Part shown: positions 47,631-55,184 of the stretch, one piece after another
Numbering within the stretch: the stretch's first letter is position 1
How the letters are laid out: the number at the start of each line of letters is the position of its first letter
From: Planctomycetota bacterium
GTDB lineage: Bacteria > Planctomycetota > SZUA-567
Reading direction: 5' to 3'
DNA length: 64,000 bases
Assembly (NCBI GenBank): GCA_965140405.1
Contig: OZ223208.1
Span: forward strand, 2,784,081-2,848,080
Program-made: the position numbers and the translations under genes
The notes under the pieces: generated by a model
What the model was told of the DNA's origin: nothing
Databases searched by the model: none
Seen by the model: the letters and a program-made list of their open reading frames with translations, nothing else

Positions 47631-49534
47631 TATTACCTATTTCTGAGCCAATTCCTGAACTACCTACAAAGTTTCAAAATGCAACAATTTACGACTATAA
47701 AAGTCAATACGGTCAGTTGCTCTGGTGCCTAATTAGGATCGACAATCCAGACGGGACTAAAAGCTACTTACCACAAACAGTATGGGAGAATAGTTCGGGT
47801 AATAGAAATTGGAAGAACAAAGCTCCGCCAGCACCAAGACACATGTATGGTCTCGATAGATTGGGAAAAGCTGATTCATCTAAGCCAATACTCATAGTCG
47901 AAGGTGAAAAAGCAGCAGATGCAGCAAAAAAGCTTTTCCCAGACTATATCTGTATGACTTGGCAAGGTGGAGCAAATGCGGTAAATATGACAGACTGGTC
48001 ACCTCTTGAGAATCGTGAGATAATTATCTGCCCAGACAACGATGAAACTGGGATCAAGGCAGCACTCAAGATAGCAGACATACTTGATGAGAATTATGCG
48101 AATAAAGCGAAAATAGTCTGTTTACCAGAAGAGTTACCACCCAAATGGGATGCTGCTGATCCTATTCCTGTTGGGGTAAACATTCACGAGTTGCTTAGTA
48201 ATGCTGTATTCAAGGATGAATTTCTAAGATATTATATGAAGCGTCATCAAGGCAGTAGTATTCCAATTGACGTAATTGCTGAATCTGAAGAAAGCTTTGA
48301 TATACCAGAATGGCCTGTTCCAGACCAAGCAGTATTTTTGGGTTTTGCTGGTAGGTTTGTTGCACTTGCGACTAGAGACAGCGAAGCAGATTTGATAGCT
48401 GTACTTATGACCTTGTTTGTAAGATTTGGAGCAGAAGTATTTCAACACGAAGAAGATAAGGGCGCATATTGTTTTGTAGGAAATACGAAGCATCCACCTT
48501 GCATATTTATTGTAGTAACTGGAGATTCAGCAAAAGCGAGAAAAGGTGTCTCGGTAAGCCCTGTAACAGCTTTATTTGATAGGAACACATGTAATGATCA
48601 CAAACTGCTGGAAATGAATCTGCCACCTCCTGCAAAGGTCAGTGGCGGCCCACTCTCCAGTGGGGAAGGTCTGGGGTACCAGTTTCACTTAATGTCAAAA
48701 GATCAAGATAATCCAGATAGAAGACTCTTTATTCAAGACGAAGAATTTGCCAGTGCTCTAGCATGTTGTAATAGACAAGGTAATACGTTGTCTATGGCGG
48801 TTAGGACATTCTGGGATGGTAAACCATATTCACCACTGACAAAGAATGACCCTGTTGAAGTTGATCGAGCTCATCTATGTATATTGTCACACATTACTCA
48901 GGATGAGTTAAAAAGTAAGATGACTTCATTACAGATTTGTAACGGATTTGGAAATCGCTTTTTGTGGGTCTGTGCAAGGAGAACTAAGGAAGTACCTTTG
49001 CCCCGACCAATGCCACAAGATGAACTTTCAGAGTTACAACTTGAACTCTGGAGCCTTGTTCAAAAAGCACAAAACTTATCAGAGGTAACGATGACAACGG
49101 AAGGGGAAAAACGATGGTGTGAGATTTACTCAAAACTGACCAAAGCTTACTCTGGAATGTTTGGAGCGATTACCGCAAGGTCAGAACCACAGACATTACG
49201 GCTAGCATTAATTTATGCTCTTTTAGATGGAAAGGACAGAATAGATGTGGGACATATAAACTCTGCTTATGCACTCTGGCAGTACTGTAGTGACTCAGCA
49301 AAGTACCTATTTGGCGACCATTCTTCAGATCCACTAGAGGAGAAAGTCATTACTATTTTACAATCAGGATCACTCAGTTTAACAGCCCTAAGTAATGCGC
49401 TGGCTAATCACGTACCAAAGGAGAAACTAAAATCTATACTTATGAAATTGGAATCATCAAACCGAATAACTATACAGACCGAACGTACCAACGGTCGCCC
49501 TAAAAAGATCATCACCCTATGCGAAAAAAGCTAA
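47612..49534 (+). CDS. Toprim primase + DUF3987-like (helicase-type) replication protein
   Basis: 640 aa; Toprim ILIVEGEKAADAA...IIICPDNDETG; C-half LSSGEGL, LFIQDEEFAS, TFWDGKPY, GFGNRFLW as in DUF3987/YfjI family. Confidence 0.8.
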   Translation: MESEKLILPISEPIPELPTKFQNATIYDYKSQYGQLLWCLIRIDNPDGTKSYLPQTVWENSSGNRNWKNKAPPAPRHMYGLDRLGKADSSKPILIVEGEKAADAAKKLFPDYICMTWQGGANAVNMTDWSPLENREIIICPDNDETGIKAALKIADILDENYANKAKIVCLPEELPPKWDAADPIPVGVNIHELLSNAVFKDEFLRYYMKRHQGSSIPIDVIAESEESFDIPEWPVPDQAVFLGFAGRFVALATRDSEADLIAVLMTLFVRFGAEVFQHEEDKGAYCFVGNTKHPPCIFIVVTGDSAKARKGVSVSPVTALFDRNTCNDHKLLEMNLPPPAKVSGGPLSSGEGLGYQFHLMSKDQDNPDRRLFIQDEEFASALACCNRQGNTLSMAVRTFWDGKPYSPLTKNDPVEVDRAHLCILSHITQDELKSKMTSLQICNGFGNRFLWVCARRTKEVPLPRPMPQDELSELQLELWSLVQKAQNLSEVTMTTEGEKRWCEIYSKLTKAYSGMFGAITARSEPQTLRLALIYALLDGKDRIDVGHINSAYALWQYCSDSAKYLFGDHSSDPLEEKVITILQSGSLSLTALSNALANHVPKEKLKSILMKLESSNRITIQTERTNGRPKKIITLCEKS

Positions 49535-49539
49535 GAAAG

Positions 49540-49905
49540 AGAAATAACTCAATTAATCTTAATTCGTTATATTAGCTTATTTCGCTTAATTCGCAGTAAG
49601 ACCAACACAGCTATGCTGGCTCTGTTGACTATTAAATGAATCTGTTTTTACAGTCAACATTCCAACTCAACGACACCGTGAAAAGAATCTGCTTATCACG
49701 GAGCGAGGAAACACGCCTTGTCGTTAAGCTGGAATAGCCAGCATACCCAACGTGGGCACAGACTTCGTCTGCTTCACGTTGGGCTGGTCAGGGGAAGTAT
49801 CCCCTTGAATCCCCTCTTAGTTTATAGCTCCCCAAAGAGGGAAACTATAAACCGTACCGAAAGTCTCACAACTTTACGGTACTAATTAAAACCATAGAAA
49901 GGATT
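49540..49905 (+). other. Candidate oriT / regulatory spacer, dense in inverted repeats
   Basis: CTTAATTCG direct repeat (49557, 49585); IRs TGTTGACT/AGTCAACA (49623/49652), CCCAACGTG/CACGTTGGG (49746/49775), GTTTATAG/CTATAAAC (49820/49844), GTACCG/CGGTAC (49853/49876), long-range TATGCTGGC/GCCAGCATA (49612/49736); visibly more GC-rich than flanks; immediately upstream of mobC. Confidence 0.5.
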
Positions 49906-49909
49906 ACCA

Positions 49910-50215
49910 ATGAATCGTGATTACAACATCAAAGTACGTGTCTCCAAGATTGAGCGCCAGCATATAAATGAACTGGCAGCAGAGACAGATATGACTATCT
50001 CCGATCTTATACGACACCGCTTACTCAAGATTCGCCTTAGAAACTCGAATCATGAAAAAGAACTTATCCGGCAAGTCGCACGTATCGGCTCAAATCTCAA
50101 CCAGCTTGCCCGTTGGGCAAACACACATAAAAGTCGCACTCCTTCATTAGAAACAGTCCTCTGGCTGAACCGAATATATGAAGAAGTCAAAAGTTTAAAA
50201 AACAGAAAGGAATAA
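49910..50215 (+). CDS. mobC: MobC-type relaxosome accessory protein (ribbon-helix-helix)
   Basis: 101 aa; IKVRVSKIERQHINELA (RHH strand-helix), IGSNLNQLARWANTH MobC signature. Confidence 0.8.
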   Translation: MNRDYNIKVRVSKIERQHINELAAETDMTISDLIRHRLLKIRLRNSNHEKELIRQVARIGSNLNQLARWANTHKSRTPSLETVLWLNRIYEEVKSLKNRKE

Positions 50216-50216
50216 G

Positions 50217-51863
50217 ATGCTAGTAAAACCATTTGCACATGGTAAAGGTAGTGGTGACGCAGCAGTATACTACCTACTCAGAATGGATTACCACGGTAGA
50301 CAGGAGCACCCACCAAACATACTTAGAGGTGATCCTGAAATGACTAAAGAATTAATAAACAGTATTGATAGAGAATGGAAGTTCACCGCTGGTGTCTGTT
50401 CTTGGAGCGGTGAAGACACCGTCACTCCAGAACAAGAAGTAGAAATGATGGAAAAACTTGAAGAGCTTGCATTCGCTGGTTTAGAGCATGACCAATATAA
50501 CATTTTGTGGGTACGCCATAGCCATGCAAATCACCATGAACTTCACTTTGTAATACCACGTATGGAACTATCAACAGGTAATGCATTCAACGCTTTCCCC
50601 CCTGGCTGGGAGAAGGACTTTAGTCACTTTAGGGATTATATGAATGTCAAACATGACTGGACAAAACCTAATGACCCAGACCGCAAAAGGATCTTTACTC
50701 CAAGTAACGCAGACATAATTGAAGCACGACTAACCCGTTGGGGACAGAATCCAACAAAGAACGAAAAAGATAGCGTCAGAAAAGAGATCAATAACTTTAT
50801 TAAAGGAAGGATTGAAAATGGACTAATACATGACAGAGCTGATATTATCAGCACCCTACAAGAGGTCGGGCTACAAATTAATCGAGAGGGCAAGAATTAC
50901 ATTTCAGTCAAAGACCCTGACAGTAATATTAAAATTAGACTCAAAGGAGGTGTTTATGAACATCAATGGAAAGCTGCATGCTCTACAGGAGAAGCTGCAA
51001 GAGAAAGGAAAACAGGAGCAGGAAGTATTCAAGCAGGAGCAAGAAGTATTCAAGAAGGTATACGAAGAGAACTTGCAGAATATGAGCAAGGACTTACAAA
51101 AGTCATCCGCAAGAGAGCTCTATATAATGAAAACCGCTACCCTAGCAGAAATTCGCAAGACATCAAAAAGGTTGAAAAGGGAATCCCGTTTAATGAGCAA
51201 AGCATTCATCGGCACATGGCTGATAAATCTGATGATGGGATTTATGATATCGACAGGAGTGACAATTGGGCTTATTTATACAATGGAATGGAGAACAGAC
51301 AGCATAGAAGCAGAAATATCGAAGTTGAACAGAGTAAAGACAGCCATTCAGGATCACAAGATGGACATACAGAGATTATTGAACAAGACAGAGGGAGCAT
51401 ATCTTTACAAAAACAAGGGAGAAACGTACGTAGTATTTCCGAGAGGGATCGACCTCAATACTTACTGCGAGATAGACGACCAGCCAGCGATCAAGGTCAA
51501 AAAGTAAGATCAGAAGGCGTATCATTTATTAATTCCAATACAAATATGAATCAAGGATATCAAAATGAAAAATCCCACAGAAATCGAGACACTTGCATTA
51601 GAAATGATAGAAACAGTACGCAAAGATTTATTAAAACAAATCGAAAATGCTCGCCAAGAAGCTATGAACAGCTTCGAGATATGGACAGGCGAGCAAATGG
51701 AAAAGTTGGAGCTTATAATAAGCGAATTCGACAGATTAGAGAACTCTGCCAATGCATTCGAGACATTACGTCAAACCTGTTTAAAATTGCAAATAGTTGT
51801 AGAAGCAATGAAAGACAGCAAGTAAGACCTGATAAATCACAAACACATGATTTTAAAAGATAG
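50217..51863 (+). CDS. Relaxase/mobilization nuclease (N-terminal ~250 aa) with long R/S/N/Q-rich C-terminal region
   Basis: 548 aa; start overlaps mobC stop; AAVYYLLRMDY (catalytic Tyr region), WVRHSHANHHELHFVIPR histidine-triad-like motif. Confidence 0.8.
   Translation: MLVKPFAHGKGSGDAAVYYLLRMDYHGRQEHPPNILRGDPEMTKELINSIDREWKFTAGVCSWSGEDTVTPEQEVEMMEKLEELAFAGLEHDQYNILWVRHSHANHHELHFVIPRMELSTGNAFNAFPPGWEKDFSHFRDYMNVKHDWTKPNDPDRKRIFTPSNADIIEARLTRWGQNPTKNEKDSVRKEINNFIKGRIENGLIHDRADIISTLQEVGLQINREGKNYISVKDPDSNIKIRLKGGVYEHQWKAACSTGEAARERKTGAGSIQAGARSIQEGIRRELAEYEQGLTKVIRKRALYNENRYPSRNSQDIKKVEKGIPFNEQSIHRHMADKSDDGIYDIDRSDNWAYLYNGMENRQHRSRNIEVEQSKDSHSGSQDGHTEIIEQDRGSISLQKQGRNVRSISERDRPQYLLRDRRPASDQGQKVRSEGVSFINSNTNMNQGYQNEKSHRNRDTCIRNDRNSTQRFIKTNRKCSPRSYEQLRDMDRRANGKVGAYNKRIRQIRELCQCIRDITSNLFKIANSCRSNERQQVRPDKSQTHDFKR
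50956..51507 (+). CDS. Overlapping (+1 frame) gene inside relaxase gene: coiled-coil + one TM protein, MobB/MbeB-like by arrangement
   Basis: ATG 50956 preceded by AAAGGAGGTG; 183 aa MNINGKLHALQEKLQEKGKQEQEVFKQEQEVFKK...AFIGTWLINLMMGFMISTGVTIGLIY...; protein-like composition; frame open from 50830. Confidence 0.6.
   Translation: MNINGKLHALQEKLQEKGKQEQEVFKQEQEVFKKVYEENLQNMSKDLQKSSARELYIMKTATLAEIRKTSKRLKRESRLMSKAFIGTWLINLMMGFMISTGVTIGLIYTMEWRTDSIEAEISKLNRVKTAIQDHKMDIQRLLNKTEGAYLYKNKGETYVVFPRGIDLNTYCEIDDQPAIKVKK
51013..51054 (+). repeat. 21-bp tandem repeat x2 (one mismatch) inside the double-coding region
   Basis: CAGGAGCAGGAAGTATTCAAG / CAGGAGCAAGAAGTATTCAAG; gives GAGSIQ/GARSIQ in relaxase frame and QEQEVFK x2 in +1 frame. 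Confidence 0.9.
51565..51825 (+). CDS. Second overlapping (+1 frame) ORF within relaxase 3' end, helical 86-aa protein
   Basis: ATG 51565 with AAGGA upstream; MKNPTEIETLALEMIETVRKDLLKQIENARQEAMNSF... has ordinary helical-protein composition. Confidence 0.5.
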   Translation: MKNPTEIETLALEMIETVRKDLLKQIENARQEAMNSFEIWTGEQMEKLELIISEFDRLENSANAFETLRQTCLKLQIVVEAMKDSK

Positions 51864-51865
51864 TA

Positions 51866-51898
51866 TAATCCCAAGCAGACATTTCTGCTTGGGATTAT
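51866..51898 (+). terminator. Strong hairpin after relaxase gene (no clear U-tract)
   Basis: TAATCCCAAGCAG-ACATTTC-CTGCTTGGGATTA, 13-bp perfect stem. Confidence 0.5.
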
Positions 51899-51984
51899 TA
51901 AAATAATCTGTATTTTTGTAGTATACTTCATATAATTTACGATGTTAGCAAATCACCATATTCTCATTAATTAAAGGATTTATA

Positions 51985-52789
51985 ATGGAATTATCATATG
52001 TATAGGTTAAGTCGTTTAGAAATATTAACAACACAGGCTTTTGTTTTTCAAAGAAATGGGATATTGATGTTGATAATAACGAACTTACCATTAAACCTAA
52101 AATATCGCCCAGTCCTTTTGATAACTCTAATGCCGATTTTGAATACTATCAGGTAAAAATGGCTGTGGAAAATCAAATTTAATAGACATTATTGGCTATA
52201 ATCTAGAATCACTTCACCCAAAAGAAGAGCACAGCCTTGATGAGTATTCATTACTATTTTGGGTTGAAGGTCAAGCTTTTGTTTATGAAGAAAAAATACT
52301 TGTTATACACAGAAAATCAAATAAACCAGTGCAAATACCGGATTACAGTTTTCTTCTCAATAATATTCAAATGTCAAGTGGAAAGAAATTTCATGAAACT
52401 GGCAAGTCCACAAGAAGCTATATAGCTAAATATTCAAGTAATACACTAACTATTCAATCTCACTACAGCAATAATGATTTCAACAACAACTTCTGTAAAA
52501 TAGTTCAACTATGCGACACTTATCCTACGGATTTTTATCAACATCGCGATAATATGAGGACATCAATATATCAATCAAGATATAAAGTTATACCTAACCA
52601 AAATGGACTTGGCAAAAAGTATCAGTTTTTATGCAAAAATTACAATTCTATTAAAACAGATTATGATTTATACTATTCTGATTCAAAAGTGATAATAAAT
52701 TCAAAATCAATAAAAACATCTTTTAGGCAAAGTTTTTCTGAGGAAATAAATGGAATTAAATTTTTCACTCCATTCAGGATAAGAATGTG
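51985..52789 (+). pseudogene. Decayed P-loop (AAA_15/21- or OLD/ABC-like) ATPase gene: in-frame stop, frameshift, 3' truncation
   Basis: ATG 51985 (AAAGGA RBS): MELSYV-TAG(52003)-VKSFRNINN...; Walker A ILSGKNGCGKSNLIDIIG is in a different frame from 52143; this frame runs into the antisense of the convergent methyltransferase gene (track ORF 52329-52931). Confidence 0.65.
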
Positions 52790-53413
52790 TTATTTTGTGG
52801 CTACTATTGCTACGGCTTTGCTGTTTTGGCCTATTAGTTTTGAGCTTATAATGTTAAATCCTTGGTTTTTAATAAGATTTTCTGCTGATATAAGTGTAAG
52901 TGTTCTGGATGATGCTGGCGGTTTGCCATAGGTTTTAAGATACCTGTATATCATTTTTATTTTGTTAATAAATGACATACCGTATGTTGTAAAGCTTATG
53001 ATGATCAGTCGACCTTCTGGCTTTAATACTCGTTTGGCTTCTTTAAGCGTTGTTTCTGGATCTTGAATTATGTGTAAAATATTTATCAGTATTACTGAAT
53101 CGAAGGTATTGTCTGAAAAAGACAGATTCATACAGTCTTCTTTCGTTGTGGTAGTATTGGGCAGGTCACTAAGATTTCTACTAGCAACTGTTAACATCTC
53201 TTCTGAATAGTCGCAAGATGTGAGGTGTTTGGCTTTTTCAGCAATTGTTTTAGAGTACATCCCTGTGCCGCAACCGGTTTCGAGTATCCTGCCTGTAAGG
53301 TCGAGAGATTCTAGCGTCTGTATTACTTCTTTTATGTTTTCACTTCCAGCAACATATTTAATTTGTTGTTCGAAAGTATCAGCGAATCTTGACCAGTATT
53401 GTTCATTTGACAT
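52790..53413 (-). CDS. Class I SAM-dependent methyltransferase
   Basis: 207 aa; ILETGCGTGMYS motif I, FDSVILINILHI. Confidence 0.8.
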   Translation of the reverse strand: MSNEQYWSRFADTFEQQIKYVAGSENIKEVIQTLESLDLTGRILETGCGTGMYSKTIAEKAKHLTSCDYSEEMLTVASRNLSDLPNTTTTKEDCMNLSFSDNTFDSVILINILHIIQDPETTLKEAKRVLKPEGRLIIISFTTYGMSFINKIKMIYRYLKTYGKPPASSRTLTLISAENLIKNQGFNIISSKLIGQNSKAVAIVATK

Positions 53414-53432
53414 ATTGCCTCCTTGTCATTTT

Positions 53433-55184
53433 TTAGTTTTTAAACTGCCAGTCTTTTGTGTGAATTTGCTCTCTCCAGAGAGAACTGTACATTCCGTCTT
53501 GTCTTATCAATTCTTCGTGTTTGCCTTCTTCGAGAATTTTTCCATTATCAATAACATATATTTTGTCTGCTGCTTTTATTGTATGAAGCCTATGGGCAAT
53601 CACAATAATTGTCTTGTTTTTTACTAAATCACTGATTGCTTTCTGGATATGTAATTCGTTTTCCGGGTCCAGTGATGCTGTTGCTTCATCAAGTAAAATA
53701 ATCGGGGCGTCTTTAAGAATTGCTCGGGCTATGGAAATACGTTGTTTCTCGCCTCCTGAAAGGGTTGAACCTCCTTCGCCAATAACGGTATCGTACCCGT
53801 CTGGAAGTGCCATAATAAAATCATGGCATTGGGCGTGTCTGGCTGCTTTCTTTACCTCTTCAGGGGAAGCGTCTTCTTTGCCGATTTTAATATTATTATA
53901 GATCGTATCGTGAAATAAGTAGACATCTTGGAAGACAATTGAAATTTGTGACATTAGTGTGTTTGAAGAATAGTCCTTGACGTTTATACCACCGATTGTT
54001 ATTTCTCCTTTATTTGTATCCCAGAATCTAGCTATAAGACGGGTGAGTGTTGTTTTTCCTGATCCGGAGGCTCCAATAAATGCTACTAAACTTTGGGAAG
54101 GAATGCTTAATGAAATACCATCTATAACCTTGGTATTATGGTAGCTGAATTCAATATTCTTCAACTCAATGTTTGTATTGCTGACCTTGGTAATTCGTTG
54201 ACCCTCTGAAAGAGCAGGGATATTCAGTAGTTTATTTATTCTTTCTATGCCGAGCTTCTTATAGTTAATCTCTACAATAAATATTGCAGCATTGATAAAT
54301 GGCTGGAATACGTGCATTCCCATAACTAGAAACATAAGATAAACAGGCAGGCTGATCGTATGTGTTACTAGCATTTTGTAGCCTAGAGTAATCATAATAA
54401 TTATTCCGCTATTTAAAATGATAGAGCTTAGTGACATTATTGAGCCGGGGGCTGCCTCAAGTTTAATACTGGCATTTCGTAATCTTTTAAAAGCATTTTC
54501 AAGCCTGCTAAATTTTGTGCCGGTTAGATTGAAAGCTTTGATTAATTTGATGCCTTGAATGTATTCTAACATTCTTGACGATGATTCAATCTTGACTTTC
54601 TGGTGTTGCTTACCAAACCTTCTGACAATATTACTTGATAATAGTACGAATGGTATATATAGTGGGACGACTAAGATTGAGATGAGTGCTAATTGCCAGC
54701 TTTGATAACATAGAACGCATATTAGTATAACAGGCATCAATGCTGCTCCAAATAATTGTGGAATCATATGTGTAACCATTTCCTCAATGTTTTTGTAGTC
54801 GTGGACAATGTATGCGCCGATATCACCAGGATCACGGCTGTTAAAGAATCCCATAGGGAGTTTCTGCAGGTGCTCTGTAACCATTTTTCTGCCATCTGAT
54901 GTTATTTTATAGCCAGTACCGAATGACTCAAAGTATGCATTGCGGCTTGCAAAGTACAGCAGTATCAGTGAAATTGCTAGACCGATACAAGCTATTGTTA
55001 TCTGTGTAGTATTGAGCAACACTTGCGGGTTTTGCAGAGGCTTGAATATTTCAATAATTATTATCATCGATATTCCGTATGGTACTCCGCGAAGCAGGTA
55101 TTCTATGCATGTCCATAGAATCATTTTGTTGAAGAGTCTGGGGTTTCCTAATGATGCCATGCGTATTATTTTGAATATATTCAT
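53433..55184 (-). CDS. ABC exporter, fused TMD-NBD half-transporter (multidrug/lipid type), partner B
   Basis: 583 aa; six TM; GASGSGKTT, LSGGEKQRISIARA, ILLDEATASLD; start overlaps upstream stop (TAATG). Confidence 0.9.
   Translation of the reverse strand: MNIFKIIRMASLGNPRLFNKMILWTCIEYLLRGVPYGISMIIIIEIFKPLQNPQVLLNTTQITIACIGLAISLILLYFASRNAYFESFGTGYKITSDGRKMVTEHLQKLPMGFFNSRDPGDIGAYIVHDYKNIEEMVTHMIPQLFGAALMPVILICVLCYQSWQLALISILVVPLYIPFVLLSSNIVRRFGKQHQKVKIESSSRMLEYIQGIKLIKAFNLTGTKFSRLENAFKRLRNASIKLEAAPGSIMSLSSIILNSGIIIMITLGYKMLVTHTISLPVYLMFLVMGMHVFQPFINAAIFIVEINYKKLGIERINKLLNIPALSEGQRITKVSNTNIELKNIEFSYHNTKVIDGISLSIPSQSLVAFIGASGSGKTTLTRLIARFWDTNKGEITIGGINVKDYSSNTLMSQISIVFQDVYLFHDTIYNNIKIGKEDASPEEVKKAARHAQCHDFIMALPDGYDTVIGEGGSTLSGGEKQRISIARAILKDAPIILLDEATASLDPENELHIQKAISDLVKNKTIIVIAHRLHTIKAADKIYVIDNGKILEEGKHEELIRQDGMYSSLWREQIHTKDWQFKN

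Larger units (their letters stand above)
44199..51898 (+). mobile_element. Integrative mobilizable element (int, alpA, primase/helicase, oriT, mobC, relaxase) at the 3' end of tRNA-Gln; right boundary not found, accessory DNA continues to window end
   Basis: Gene content and tRNA-adjacent P4-type integrase; no copy of the tRNA 3' end spotted downstream by eye. Confidence 0.7.

Noticed and set aside
49800-49816. TTGAATCCCCT resembling the tRNA-Gln T-arm (TTCGAATCCCTG), considered as a possible attR
   Set aside because: Only about 8 contiguous matching bases, with no match to the acceptor 3' end or CCA. It lies inside the oriT-like spacer in the middle of the element.
52329-52931. 200-aa ORF listed as an intact CDS
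   Set aside because: Its frame is the continuation of the Walker-A-containing frame of the ATPase pseudogene (open from 52143). Its last ~47 codons read the antisense of the convergent methyltransferase gene, so it is not an independent gene.
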